A stretch of 64,000 nt of DNA from Camelus dromedarius (Eukaryota): the NCBI RefSeq assembly GCF_036321535.1, contig NC_087436.1:106022001-106086000 (forward strand), in the 5' to 3' direction. Each line of letters starts with the position of its first letter. The stretch's first letter is position 1. Positions 1-12,459 of this stretch are shown here, piece by piece. A model generated the notes under the pieces. It had not been told where the DNA came from and ran no database searches. It saw nothing but the letters and a program-made list of their open reading frames with translations. Both the position numbers and the translations under genes were made by a program.

Positions 1-1424
1 ATGGTGCGTTCTCCTGGTGCTGTCACCATCCAGTGTTAGTCGTCCCAGTTGTCTCAGGGTCGTGTTTTCTGGATGCTTTGTCTTACATAACGTGAGAGAC
101 ACCGGGGTCCAGAATGACTCGCAATTGTCTCTCTTTTTGATGAGCCACCTTTTGGGGCAAAAAACACGAAACAGTAACAAAAAAAAAAAAAAAAAAAAGA
201 ATTGCTATGAAATCAGAGATATCCCTGTGGATAGAAATAGGTACTTTAGAGAAAAGTAAGATATCCTTCTTTGAGTGCATTCAACTCATTCTGCAACAAT
301 TTAATGGGAGGGGAAAATTTCTTTTAGACCCCAGATGTCTGCCTTGAGTTATGAGTATCAATAACATTAGCCATAACTGCAGGTAGAACTGTTACTGGTA
401 TAAACATACAGTTCTATTAAAAATAAAGCTCACTGAGCTACTTGGGAAAAGAGTATCTACAGCAGTGAATCCCCAAAGCTAATTGTGTTATGTTAAAAGC
501 ACTCCCTCAACCCATTAATATTTTTTTTCTCTTTAATTTCATGGAGTATTTCCTTGGTCTTGCGTTGTGGCACAAGGTAACTGAGAGTATCCATCTGGCA
601 TATTCATGAAGCCTCACTTATTAATTTCTTCATTCGTACTTTTTATCTTTCCTGACACTTCTTTGTTTTCACAATGAAGTAACTCTCATCTCAGGACAAA
701 CTAGGTCTTTTCTCAAGTGAATGACTTCATTTCTGATCTCCTTTTTTTACTTCTCTGCTCTGGATTAATTTTTTTTTTCCCAGTCTGGAATGATCTCCCT
801 GTTCCTCTCCATCCACGGAAATAGTATTTACCCTTGAAGGTGATGCTCAGATCCTACCTTGTCTGGCACTTTATTGGCTGGGTTCTTAATGTGGCACGGC
901 CAGCGATCCTTAGTTATCTCTTTTGTGTTTGCAAATTCATCAACCCGATTGCAGTTTCTGGAGAGAAGGAATTCAGGGGCTCCCCAGATTACACATCCTC
1001 AGTTTAATCAGTATTTGGTGTTTGATTTAGTAAAGACTATTCTGACAATAACAGAGACAAAGATAGCACATAAAGCTGGGCTTAGGCCATAGCCTAATAA
1101 TACTTTCTGTGTATTGTTCGATGCTTTTAAAAAGATGCTGCACATGGTTTATTGGCACTTTTGATGATGCCAGGCTAGGAGGAGGCGTTCTCATGAAACT
1201 GTCTGCTGGGATGCTTGTAGCCTTCTGTGAGGAAGTTATCACTTATTCTGGACCAGTCAAGATACACAAAAACAGCAGGGCGAAAACATTTCCTTTGCCT
1301 TTTCTGATGCTACTTTGGATCATGGATTACTCAAATTTGTTACTTCTCTTTTTTCCCTTCTGGTTCTACCTTAACTTCAAGTTGAGGGGTTTGAACTATT
1401 TTCACAGGTCTAAGAGCCCTTAGG

Positions 1425-1500
1425 CCATATCTTGTGTAGTCCTCTCATTTCACAGATAAAGAAATTGAGGCACAGAGAGATGTACTAAGATGCCCAGGCT
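1425..1500 (-). mobile_element. MIR SINE core fragment
   Basis: 'catttcacagataaagaaattgaggcacagagag' is the reverse complement of the MIR core. Confidence 0.75.
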
Positions 1501-1539
1501 GGGCCAGGCTAAGGCCTTCTCCAGTCTACATGCACTCTC

Positions 1540-1890
1540 CGGTCACCAGCTACCTGCATTTTGCTATTTACTGTACTTCATTTGACAAATCATTAAAAAT
1601 AGATAGCACAACACTGGCCCTGGGACTAATCTTTGAGCAACCCCATTATTTTTAGCTTCCCATGTGGAGAACTGGCTATTTATTTCTGCTCTTTGTTTCC
1701 TCTCAGTTAAGAAGCCTTTAATCACAACAGAACTTTACCTTTCACCTTGTAGTTACCGACCTGCCTGCCTGGCCTTAATAGCCTCCTATGAGAGAGACCG
1801 TCTCCACAGCCTTTAAAAAGTCTAAATAAATTATGCCCACAGATTCCTTTTTATCTGCTGTTTTTAGCACACGATTTTCCCAAACAAAAA
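1540..1890 (-). mobile_element. Ancient CR1-clade LINE, reverse transcriptase fragment
   Basis: Minus strand reads ...SVGIIYLDFLKAVETVS... and RKQRAEINSQFSTWEAKNNGVAQRLVPGPVLCYLFLNDL. These match the CR1 RT motifs VDIVYLDFxKAFDKV and RKQRVxINGxFSxW...GVPQGSVLGPVLFNIFINDL. Confidence 0.8.
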
Positions 1891-2773
1891 ACCAGGCCAG
1901 AGTGCACGTTCATCTTGGTAGGTGCTTTGAAAAGCCTTTCTGTGGAATTTATTCTTTTCTTGTGCTTGGGTAAAGATGGATGCTCGTCTGGGGCTGGGGC
2001 TGTGGAGTGTGGCAGCCAGCTCTGAAGGGAAAAATCCAGCCAAACAACCGGCTTCTCTGTCTATAGGATGCCACAGAGCCAGCCCAGCTGCGTGATTTTT
2101 AGGGATAGCCCTTTTGGTGTACCTTGTCTCCTCTTAAGTCCTGCAAAAATGGGACCTCTCAAAGTCCCCTCTGCTATGAAGCCTTCTGGGACCTCCATTC
2201 TTTCATCTCTTTCCCCACTTTAGTCCCCAAAGCAAGTAGGACCTCTTCCACCTTGGGGGTTCCCTCTAGAAACTTCCATCACGGAGTCACAGCACTTTGG
2301 GACATTCGATTTCACACCACCATGCTGGCCGTACTTCCCTGCTGAATGCCAGGGCCTGGCTCCGTTCTTGACATCGAGTGAGAGCTCAGTCAGTACCCAC
2401 TGAATGAGTGACTTCTGAATCCCCAGTGCCTAGAAAAGTGTTGGAACATAGCTAGAATTCAGTAAAGGCTTGTTAATCAGTATAGGAATGGATAAACGAG
2501 TGACTAGCGGTGAGCAGCCGTGGTTAAAGGCGACGTGCCCTCCAACTAGCTGAGTGACCACGGGTGAGCTACACACAGGTTACAGGTGAGATGTAACCTG
2601 TTTATGGTCTCTGGGCTTGACCCTACAAACTCAATCCAAAGAGAACTGCCAGATGTTAAGATAGTGGTGGGAAGAGGGTCTTTTTGACATAAAGGGGTCT
2701 GGACCTTTGATTTCTAGTTTGTTTTGATTTCTTTTCTTTCCTTAATATGCAAGGCCTCTGTTGTTTATTCTCT

Positions 2774-2821
2774 AAAATGGAGTCAAATGATTATAAATCA
2801 ATAAAAAATGTTAAGAATAAA

Positions 2822-2857
<36 letters not shown>

Positions 2858-2882
2858 TAAATAAATAAAAAATGGAGTCAAA
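2774..2882 (+). mobile_element. Extremely 5'-truncated L1 insertion with perfect 14-bp TSD and microsatellite tail
   Basis: aaaatggagtcaaa occurs at 2774-2787 and 2869-2882. It flanks an L1-3'-end-like 'tgattataaatcaataaaaaatgttaa' followed by (TAAG)n/(TAAA)n. Confidence 0.7.
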
Positions 2883-3189
2883 CTTTCCTGGAAAAAAATG
2901 GAATGCCATACGAGCTGTTGATTATTCTTCATGAGTTCTTGAATGGTAGAAAACAGGCTACTGAGGGACTGAAGAGATGCTGTCTGTATTATCATGATCT
3001 AAGTTCTCAGAAAAGACTGCCTCCATTCTACATCTCCAAGGCAAATTTTGAGTTTGAGTGAGTAATAACTCTCAGTACATTCAATAGTGGGCAATTTAAT
3101 AAAGTTGAGTTTTCTATCCAGGTGATAGCCAGAACTCATTTTTCCCCTTGAAAATTAAAAAGAAAAGAAGAACAGAAAGGACTATAACA

Positions 3190-3870
3190 AAAATTCTATT
3201 ACCACCACCCAGAATTGATAATTGCTAATATTTTGTCATTTGTGTCTTTTTTTTTTAAATTAAAGAAATAGATCTTCATAGATAAAGTGAAATATTTCAT
3301 CTGTCTCTAGTTCCATGGCCCTCTCAATGTTTCCAGAGGCATCCCATGTTATGAATTCATTGTACGTCTTACTAGTTTTGTTTTTTCACTTTTGTTTAAA
3401 TATGTGTAAACCTATAAAAAATGTTTTCTATGATTTTAGGTGTTATCTAAAATTTTTTACATAAATTTTGTCACTCTATATCCTTCTGTAGACTTGCTTT
3501 TTTTTTTACTCAGTGTTATGATTTTGAAGCTTATGCCAGTTAACACATACAGATCTCGTTAATTAGGAGTTGAAAACTTCCTTTTGTATTTCACTGTTTA
3601 AATGTATTTTATTTATCCACTCTTCCATTTATGAACATTTATATTGTTACCAGCTTTTCACCTATGGAAATAATCTTGCAGTGAGCAATCTTGTAATTGC
3701 GCCCAGAGTTTCTTTAGCATCTGCACCTTACAGTGAACTTGGTGCTTCATTTGGAATGTGCATTTAAAATTTTATTAGGTATTACAAATGTTCTCTAGAG
3801 CTGGTGGTACCAGTTTATTCTCCCACTAGATGTATATGACAATTTCTCTTTCCATACATTCTCATCTGGC
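3190..3870 (-). mobile_element. Old L1 (L1ME-like) 3' region fragment
   Basis: T-rich antisense L1M 3' region motifs such as 'tttatccactcttcc..tgaacattta..ttgtt.ccagcttt' and 'gtggtaccagttta.tctcccacta'. Confidence 0.7.
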
Positions 3871-3989
3871 CTGGATTAAAGCTACAAAATCTTGTTTGGC
3901 TTTTGATCACCCAGCCAGTTGTGTTGCAATATACTGGCTGGATATTTTGCTGTATGGAGATCACTCTGCCATAGAAATCAAGTATATCT

Positions 3990-4620
3990 TCCAACTGGTG
4001 TATAATGTAACTTGCCTTCCAGTTCATCACAGTATGAAACCTCTTAAATGGCAAATGATAAAGCTATAAGGAATCAGAGATTACAGGCATTCTGCGCTTC
4101 TGGATTCTCTGGTGAATGCCTCCTGCTTTGGCTGGAACGTGGCAGTAACTTCTTTCACTGTTTCATTGACTCATGCTTCTCTTTGATGTCTCAATCCGAG
4201 CTGGGCCTCTCTTTCACATAATAAGGTTTTTCCTCCCTTTCCTCTATTGCCTTATCCTCCAGTGTGAAAACTGATGCAAATACATTATTTAGTTTCCCTG
4301 CAATCTCCTTATCCTTTTGAATATCTCCTTTGTGCACTGCTTGTCTAGCCAATTCACTGATCCCTTTGCAGCAGTCTTATTTCTGATGTACTCAAAGAAT
4401 TTAATATTATTTGTTGTGTTATCATTGGCTGTTTGTTTTCAAACACCATTTTTAATCCTCTCTAATCTTCACTTTACATCTCACCTGCTAAAGTTTATTC
4501 TTCTGTAAGCCCCACACTGGAATGGATTTCAATTTCTTGAAATATTCTTTTCCTTTGGTCTCAGTAAGCTTCTGAACCTTGCTGGTTTTCTGATTTTTTT
4601 TTTTTTTTTTTTGGTCACTG
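3990..4620 (-). mobile_element. Ancient CR1-clade LINE, ORF2 region upstream of RT (probably same element as 1540-1890)
   Basis: Minus strand reads FKKLKSIP...KL*QVRCKVKIR, TNNIKFFEYIRNKTAAKGSVNWLD and KDKEIAGKLNNVFASVFTLED. This matches the CR1 ORF2 pattern FFKYIR...VGPL...AEKLNEFFASVFT. Confidence 0.8.
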
Positions 4621-5039
4621 TTTTAATTTTTTGTCTGATGTGAGTTTTGCTCTGATTATGGATTAAAATTGGGAACCTCTCTTTTTCAGGGGACTTTTAA
4701 TGATAAAATGCCTGGACAAATGTTCTATACAGTTTTCACTGTGAGATGAAGCAGAAAACAAACTAACAGCTTCTCGGAAAGCAAATTCCTTTATGCTTTA
4801 ATAAATCACTGCACTTCATACAACTGGTTAGGTTCTAGTAGAGGCAGAGGTATTGATAGTGGGTCAGTAAGTTGTAACTTTATTTCTTTTAGTAGATGAG
4901 ACTCCATCCCCGCTCCCTGCCTTTTTTTGGTGGGTGGATTTGTAGATATAAGACAGAGAGAAAAGCAAAACATCAAAGCTGATTTTCTGATGGATAAGAA
5001 AATTAAAGAATTTCTTCTTCATCATCTTTGTTGATTCTT

Positions 5040-5110
5040 TCTTCATGGGACCCCCTGAGGGCATGTTCTTTAGACCCCTCCTCTTCTCTGTCCACCTAGG
5101 TGATCTTATT
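5040..5110 (+). mobile_element. L2 LINE fragment (RT GVPQG region)
   Basis: 'gggaccccctgagggcatgttctttagacccctcctcttctct' resembles the degenerate GVPQGSVLGPLLF-coding segment. It continues as L2 at about 6040. Confidence 0.55.
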
Positions 5111-6035
5111 TAATATTTCTAATTATATGTATGTTAGACCTTTGGATATTGTCCCACTGAGGCTCTGTTCATTAAAAATTTTTTCCTCAGTTCTTCAGAT
5201 TGTGTATTACCTATTGATCTATGTTCAAGTTCATTGAATCATTCTTCTGGACTGTTAAGCCCATCCAGTGATTTTTTTTTTTTTTGTAAGGAATTTCAGA
5301 TATTCTATTTTTAGTCCTAGAAATTTCATTTGATTTTTTGGTAGTATTTATTTTTCTTTGTGAGATTCCTATCTACTCATTCATTAGAAATGTGTTTTGT
5401 TTTACCTCATCGGTCAAGTTTCTATTAGTTGCTCTAAAACCATAGTCTGTTACTTCTAACATCTGGGTCATCTTGTGGTTAATCTCCATGGATTGTCTTT
5501 CTTTTAATATGGTCACACTTGCCTAGTTTTTTGTATATTGAGTAATTTTAGATTGTATCCCAAACATTGCAGATTTTATGTCATGGAGATCCTGGATTCT
5601 GTTATAGTCTTCAAAGAGCTGATATTTTTTGTTTTAGTAGGCAATTAATTTGGTTGAACATAGACAGAACATTCTATTTCTTGGGTGGCAGCAGCTGAAA
5701 TCTCAGTTCAGATATTTTATCTTTAGCTGAGCATCTTTCAGTTGGCTCCATCATTTGTGTTTCAAGGTCACAGAGATTTGCTGTCCTCGGATTCTTCTGG
5801 CCAAAAAGACAGGTCCCCTCCCCACCAAATAAGCTAAAAACCATAAAAATGGGAAACTCATATAACAATATCTTTTTCCAAATGTCAATTCCTTTCTAGA
5901 ATCTGCCTGCATTTGCTTACTTTTCAGGGCCTCATTAGTTTGTTTTTGGTATTTTGCTCAGAGTTTATAGTTGTTATCATTGGGATGGTCAGTCTGATGG
6001 GTGCATTTTCAGCCATACTGGAAGTGGATCTCTCC
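5111..6035 (-). mobile_element. Old L1 (L1MC/L1MD-like) 5' end/ORF1 fragment inserted in L2
   Basis: Antisense L1 ORF1/5'UTR motifs 'attgatctatgttcaagttcattga', 'ctgttaagcccatccagtga', 'atttcagatatt', ending at 'cagccatactggaagtgga'. Confidence 0.7.
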
Positions 6036-6039
6036 AACT

Positions 6040-7098
6040 CCAAGTTTTCAGATACCATCTCCAAGTTACAGATGCCACATTTTCAACATCACCACTGAAC
6101 ACTCTCTTGAGCTCTGTACGTATATAGCCAGTGTCCTACTCATCATCTCCATTTGGCTGTCCAGTGGATATCGCAAACACAGTGCACCTGAAATGAATAT
6201 TTTGGTTTCTCTATGCAAAATATCCTTCCCTTCATGCTCAGTAAATGGAATACCATCCTCCTTGTTGTTCAGCTGGGAGCCACTCTTGATACACTTTTCC
6301 TCACTACTTCTCCCTGTTCAGTTCATCAGCATATCTTACTGGCTTTATATGCAACATATCATTTGAATTCACACACTTCTCTTTATCTCTAATATTACCA
6401 CGTTTACCACCATTATCTCTTTCTTTGACTAATGCAATAGCCTCTGAGTATTGGTCTTCCTTGCATTTACCCTGTATCCTCCACCAACTAGTCATCCTAC
6501 ATTGGCCAGAGTATTCTTCAAATATAAATCAGATTATGTGACTCTCTGTCTAAAAACTCTTCAGTGATTTAGGTTCTTTGCTCTTACAATAAAATCTGAG
6601 ATTTTTACCATGGTCCGCATGGCCACGCGTGATCTGGTTTCTATCTACCTCTCCAACCTCATGTGGCCACTGTCTCCACCACTTTCCATCTACACTGTCC
6701 CCTTTTATGTTTCTTGAATGGGTTCCAATCTTTCCTGCTTCTGGGATTTTTCATGTAGATTTCTGTTTATCTGGAATGCTGTCCCTACCCTTTTTGCATT
6801 ACTGCCTCCTTCTTTTTCTTCTGCTTAAATTCAGATATCACCTTCTTAAAGTGGCCTTTCCTCACCAATCTGTAAATTCACTTTCTACTTCATCTTCTTT
6901 ATTACCTTCATGGTGTGTATTGCATCTGTAATTATTTCGTTTATTTATTGGTTTGTAGTCTTTTATTTCCTTCCACATTGGAGTTTGGACTCCTTGAAAG
7001 CATCCTTTTCTATCTTGAATGCTGTTCTTCCTCAGTGCTTGGCATAGCACCTTGTATATAGAAAGTTCTCTGTAATATTTGTTGGATAAATGAATGAA
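6040..7098 (+). mobile_element. L2 LINE, 3' ~1 kb
   Basis: Pyrimidine-rich L2 body ending in the canonical tail 'gcttggcatagcac...atatttgttggataaatgaatgaa'. Confidence 0.85.
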
Positions 7099-9114
7099 AC
7101 CAGGACTGCTGGGCCTTCTTTTCCTTTAATATGCTAACTCCTTAACTCATCTAAGCCTTTTCCGTTTTCTGATACCTCATGCTGAGAGGTTGAAATAAAT
7201 CACTGATATGACTATGATTTTTCTCTATTTGTATCAATCCCTATTGAGATTTCACTCCTATTCCATTAATTATTACCTGGATGATCCTGGGTAAGTCTCC
7301 TGTCTTCTTAGGACCCCTTTTATCCATCTGTGAAATGACCAAATAGAATGAGAATCAGTGGTTTACATTTTTTCTAAGCAGCAGAAAAGCCTCTCCTTGT
7401 TCACTTCGAATGAAGTCTTATGCAGAACCTCAAATAGCTCCATTTAGAAAGAGATGGGAGGTCTACAGCCCTTCTTCTCACTCTCACACTTGACCCCTGA
7501 GACAGCTTGGTAGAACCCGAGGTCTTTGGACACAGCTTGCAAACCATTATCTGTCCCGCTCAAGCAGCCTCTGACTAGCACGATCAGTTTTTCTGAGATG
7601 AACTCTATGGCAAATAGAAGGCAAATAAATTCCATACGGTCTACTGTGGTAAAGAGTGTAATTAATCCCTCCATACTACATAAATCAAAAACATTTGCTG
7701 CATAAATTTAAAAACTAAGGCAAGAGAATATGACCCTAAACCTAGCAAACTAAATGAAAGTTAACCTGATTTAAATGTACCTTAGAGAAGACATGCTTTC
7801 AAAGCTGCTTCTTTTCCCCTTTCCTCCTGATGAATTAATTGTACTTCCTGTTAGTTGGGGAAAGGCAGGGAATTTGGGTGTTGGGACTCTGGAGCAAGGG
7901 TCTGTGTCCTACCCACTCTCTACAGGATGAAGCAGGGAATGTCACTGCTGTGGTACTGTCATCTTGGGTATTTATTAAAACAGGCAGGGCAGGTTAGTGC
8001 AAAAAGCCAAGACTGGACATGAGGGTGGACTCATGAATCAGCTGAGACTCTGGGCACCGTTAATTAATGGTTCCAATAACATCATCTTCTGAACTAGCTC
8101 CTCTGCTGGTACTAAATCAAGACTTCCTTTTCCTCTTCTACATCTGGTCTCCTCAGAGAATCTGCCTTTATCAACTCAAGCTCTTTTTAGTCTTGTGTTT
8201 CCCAATGGTTCTTTAACTCTCTGATTTTTTTTTTTTTTTGAACCATGTCCAGTAGCAAAGTAGAATTGTTTTCAGCTTCTTCCTTGCTTCCCCTTTTTCT
8301 GGGGAGAGTACAAACTTCTTGAGGCTGAGGATGGATATTAGAATTGCCTCAGATTCACAAGAGTGCCTAACACAATGCAGGCATATAGCCTGTGCCTTTG
8401 ACATCATTCAGTTCAAACAAATGTTTAGAAAAGACCTTTTCCTTCTTTATGAAAGTAATATATATTTATTGTAGAAAATGTAAACAGAAAGAAAGAAGTA
8501 GATCCAAGATCACCTGGGAGGAGCTACCTTTAATGTCTTGTTAGATTGGGTGAAACCCCACTACCCAACTTGTGGGAACTTGACACTCTTTTTATGGTAC
8601 TGTTGCCTCTGGACCATGGAGGTGCCTCCGAAGTGCCTTCCTACTTCAACTACATAGACCTGGAAGTGAACCTCTTGTTCCCTAACTCAATTTTCTTTCC
8701 CCTTTTCAACAAACAAACCCACATCCATGCATGCAAGGTGTTTGTATATATAGTAAACTTTACTTAAGGTTTGGGAGATGCAAGAGGCTAAAAACAGACC
8801 AAAACAAATCACGTCGAATTGAGTATTAGACATGCCTATTCTTAATAGCCAGTTGACCGCCTTGCCATATTCCTTGGCATTTTCTTTATTCTTCTCTACC
8901 CCTCCCCTTTTTCTCTTTCCTATGCCCCAGTTTTCTTTTCTTCTTTTTTTTTTTCCCAATACAGAGCACACGTAACTAGTTTTTATTTTTCTGTGTTTCC
9001 TACTATTGATGTAGTCTAAAATGGGTATTTCAAAATGAGGATCATGAAATTCTGATAATTTTGTGAAGCAGGTAGGGCATGACCAGATAGAAAGTCTTGA
9101 AACTTTTGTTTCAG

Positions 9115-9116
<2 letters not shown>

Positions 9117-9146
<30 letters not shown>
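9117..9146. repeat. (TG)n microsatellite
   Basis: Read directly from the sequence. Confidence 0.95.
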
Positions 9147-9153
9147 CCTAGGT

Positions 9154-9305
9154 CATTGTGCCAATCAGACTCCCAAGAGGAAACAGAAGACACACATAAG
9201 TTAAACTAATTTGAGCAAGATTTAGCAGAGGGACCGTTTACAAGGGTGGGGAATAGGGAAGCCATCGATGCAGGACCCAGCAGCTAGCTGCAGCAGAGCT
9301 GTTAT
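9154..9305 (-). mobile_element. Old ERVL-class LTR fragment (family uncertain)
   Basis: 'tgtgccaatcagactcccaagaggaaacagaagacacac...tttacaagggtgggg' resembles the reverse end of old ERVL LTRs. Confidence 0.5.
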
Positions 9306-9726
9306 TAACTGGTCCTTTTGATTTTGAGGGGCTTGCTGGTATATCCCTTCTGTGTCTCTTCTCCACCCGAAGAGACTTATCTGCAAATAGTTCCCAGTGA
9401 AAACAGTACTTTTTTCTAAAAGGAATCTTGAAAATATTTTTTTTCCACCTTGCTACAGAAGAAAATAAAAACCCCACAGAATATCACCAGTAGGATAACT
9501 ACTGCTAACATTTGGTGTAAGATCTTTTTTTTTTTGTATTTCTTTTATATCTATTTTTTCAAAGAAAAAGCCAAAAAAATTTTAAGCACCTACTATGTGT
9601 AAGTCACTGAACTGTTTGTTTTACAATATGGAAAAATGAGTAAGATGGCGCTTGAAAGCAGCTTTTGATTAGATAAGGTGTAGAAAAATGATGGCAGAAA
9701 CCTGGAAACCATTCAGCAGTTGCTAT

Positions 9727-10230
9727 TGTACTAGTTTCCTATTGTTGCTGTACATTACCATAAACCTGATGGCTTAGAACAACACAAACTTATTATCTTA
9801 AAATTTTTTAGGCCGGAAGTCTGAAATGGGTCTCACAGGGCTGAAGTCAAGGTTTTGGCAGGACTGTGTTCCTTCTGAAGGCTCTAGCTAAGACATTTTT
9901 CCCTTGCCATTTCAAGTTTCTAGAGGCTGTCTGCATTCCTTGGTTTGTGGCCCTCTTATCTTCGAATCTGGTAACATCCAGCTGAGTCATTCTCATGCTG
10001 CCATTTCTCTTGTTCTCTCTTCCGAACCCCTGAGTCCCTCTTTCACTGTGATGAGTGATTAGCCACACTGAGATTATCCAAGATAATCTCCCTCTTTTAA
10101 GGTTAGCTGATTAGCAATCTTAATTCCCTCTGAAGCATTCAGTTCCCTTTGCCTTGTAACCAAGCATATTCACAGGTTCTGGGCATTAGGATGTAGACAT
10201 CTTTGAGGGGGCCATTTTTCTGTCACCACA
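9727..10230 (-). mobile_element. MaLR solo LTR (MLT1D-like), full length
   Basis: Has tg...ca termini, is 504 bp long, and has a 5-bp TSD gctat/gccat. Carries typical MLT1 motifs such as 'ggcttagaacaacacaaacttattatctta' and 'attcacaggttctgggcattagg'. Confidence 0.85.
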
Positions 10231-10639
10231 GCCATAGTCACAGCTGTTGGGCACAACTCTATGGGACACAGCGTGGATGCTACAGTGACCAGAAGCTACA
10301 GCTCACTGTGACCAGTGAGCCTCAGTTGGGAGAAGGAGGTGGTTCTTAAAAGGGAAAAGCAATAGAATTTGAAGTCAGGGCCAACCTCCTAATTTGCATA
10401 TGGATAATGACGAAAGGATAGACTTAATTGCTTGGAGCAGGTGATGGGCAATAGGAAGCCAATCCTCTCATTTCTATTTATTTTTTGTCATCAGAGGCAA
10501 TGACCTTCAAACTGAAACTGGGTGCTCAGTGGTTTCAAAGTTGGGGTGAGTCATAGATGTCACCTGGCCACTGAACCACCCCACAGTACTGCAGGGACTT
10601 GAATATACACCACAGGACCACTGTGAGTGGTTGTGTGCA

Positions 10640-11080
10640 TATCCCAGAGACAGGGAGCCACGCCAGAGGACTGGAGATCTATAGATGACTTAATTAAACA
10701 AAAAAGAATTAAATAGATTTTGGAAAACCCACAAATCAGTGACTATTCTATCAATCTTCAGAAAAATTCTAGTAAAATTCGAGAGAATTAAATAGCTGGC
10801 TACTGAACATGAGAAAAAGAAAGATCACTAAAGTCAATGAAAAAGAAGCCAAGCTAATGTCACTTCTTTTCCAGTGAACTATTAGACTGATAAAGGAGGA
10901 CGTGCTGTAGATAGCGTGAATATTGATTTCATCAGCGTGTTTGACCAAGACTCTGAAAATCATTTTTCTTCTGTTGGGAGATGGTAGCTAAGCTGGAGAA
11001 CTGGAGGGTGACACTTAGGAGAATTTATTGCTGATCAACAAGTGTGTCCTAGATTTTGACATGTCAAATTTAACGTGGTC
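10640..11080 (+). mobile_element. L3/CR1 LINE RT fragment
   Basis: Reads PEDWRS..., QANVTSF... and GRAVDSVNIDFISVFDQDS. Compare CR1 PEDW...CQTNLISFF...GNAVDIVYLDFSKAFDKVS. Confidence 0.7.
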
Positions 11081-11089
11081 GCTAGGTTA

Positions 11090-11500
11090 TCACCTCCACC
11101 CCATGGCTTTCTCTGGTTAATATCATCATTGTCCTCCTAAATGCTAACACTTAAAACCCCAGGGCATCTGCAGTCTAAACTTCCTCCTGATTGTCTAAGA
11201 TAAATCCTGTCAATTCTAATTCTAAAATGTTTTGATTCTGTACTCTTCTACACCACTGCCACTGTCTTGGTTTAGGTTCTGTTCCTTTTTACCTGGGTTA
11301 ATAGTCTCCCTGTCTTTAAGCTTGTTCCCTCCTGTAATAAATACCTAAGAGTATTCTTTCCTAAATACTGATCTGATCCTATTGCATCCCTCCTCAAAAA
11401 CATTCCCACTCCCTGCAGCTTGGCTCATACTCACCTTTTTATTGCTCGCGCTGAGTCCTGCTGACTCTTCTCTCATTCCCTTTTCTCCATCATTAACCTC
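11090..11500 (+). mobile_element. L2 LINE fragment
   Basis: L2 body motifs 'tcctgtcaattcta', 'ccactgccactgtcttggtttagg' and 'atctgatcctattgcatccctcctcaaaaac'. Confidence 0.65.
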
Positions 11501-11559
11501 AAAATACCAGCCACTCCTCAAAATAGTGTTACTACATTAATAAAGCTTCAACGTTGCTT

Positions 11560-11670
11560 TATTATTCATTTATTCACTCATTCATTCATTCATTCATTCA
11601 TTCAATGAGTCTCAGTAAGCACGGAGTTGGATGTTGGGTTGATAATGAGGATAAAACAGAGTCCTAGTTT
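11560..11670 (-). mobile_element. L2 3' end with (CATT)n tail
   Basis: An (ATTC)n array is followed by 'gataatgaggataaaacagagtcc'. Confidence 0.55.
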
Positions 11671-11704
11671 TTAGCGGTCCTGCAGCCAGGTCCTAAGTTT
11701 CCTG

Positions 11705-11820
11705 CCTTTGACTACTTTGGGGCTACAATAACATTTGAGTGGTTGCAATAGAGACTATAGCCTGCAAAGCCTGAACTGTTTACTATCGAGCCCTTTTTAG
11801 AAGAAGTTTGCCATCCTCTG
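11705..11820 (+). mobile_element. MER58 (hAT-Charlie) terminal fragment
   Basis: 'ttgagtggttgcaatagagactatagcctgcaaagcctgaactgtttactatc..ccctttttagaagaagtttgcc' matches the MER58 end. Confidence 0.75.
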
Positions 11821-12189
11821 GCCTAGATCACTCAGAATTTGCAGATAAGGGAGGTAGAATATGGATGTTCACCATGTTGACCAAGGTCTTGGGGTAAGTC
11901 TATGACCCAGCCAAGAACCCAAGAGCACACTGACCTCATTCCCTTCTTGGCTGTCTGCTCTTGTGGACTCTGTTCTCTTAACTGACGGATACTGACTACT
12001 CCTCCATTTTTGTATCACTCAGATTTCCTCCACGGGTTGAGGACATATCCCTCATTTCACTATGCTCATCTCCTTCAGGCCAGCTTCAAATGTGGTACAA
12101 ATTCAGCCAACTAAATAGGCTTTACATTCCACATACTTGGTGCATTTTGAATCTACCCAGGGTACAAGGACCCAGACATCCCAATAATG

Positions 12190-12430
12190 ATGGTGGCTAC
12201 CATGTTTTAAGCAGTGGCCAACGTTGTGGGAGGCATGTAACATACATTATCCACAGCTCTTAACGACCACTTTGCAATGAAGATATTATTATTTACATTT
12301 TATAGATCAAGAAATGGAGGCTCAGAGTGGTTAATTAACGGGCCCACAGTCATATAGACAGTAAGTGGTAAAGGCCAAATTAGAATCCAGGTCTATTTTA
12401 CTCCCAAACTCTTGTTCTTTCCACCTTAAC
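12190..12430 (-). mobile_element. MIR SINE, near full length
   Basis: Antisense MIR core 'cattttatagatcaagaaatggaggctcagagtggttaa'. Confidence 0.85.
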
Positions 12431-12459
12431 ACCCTGCTTCTTAGTGATAGCTTGGTGTA

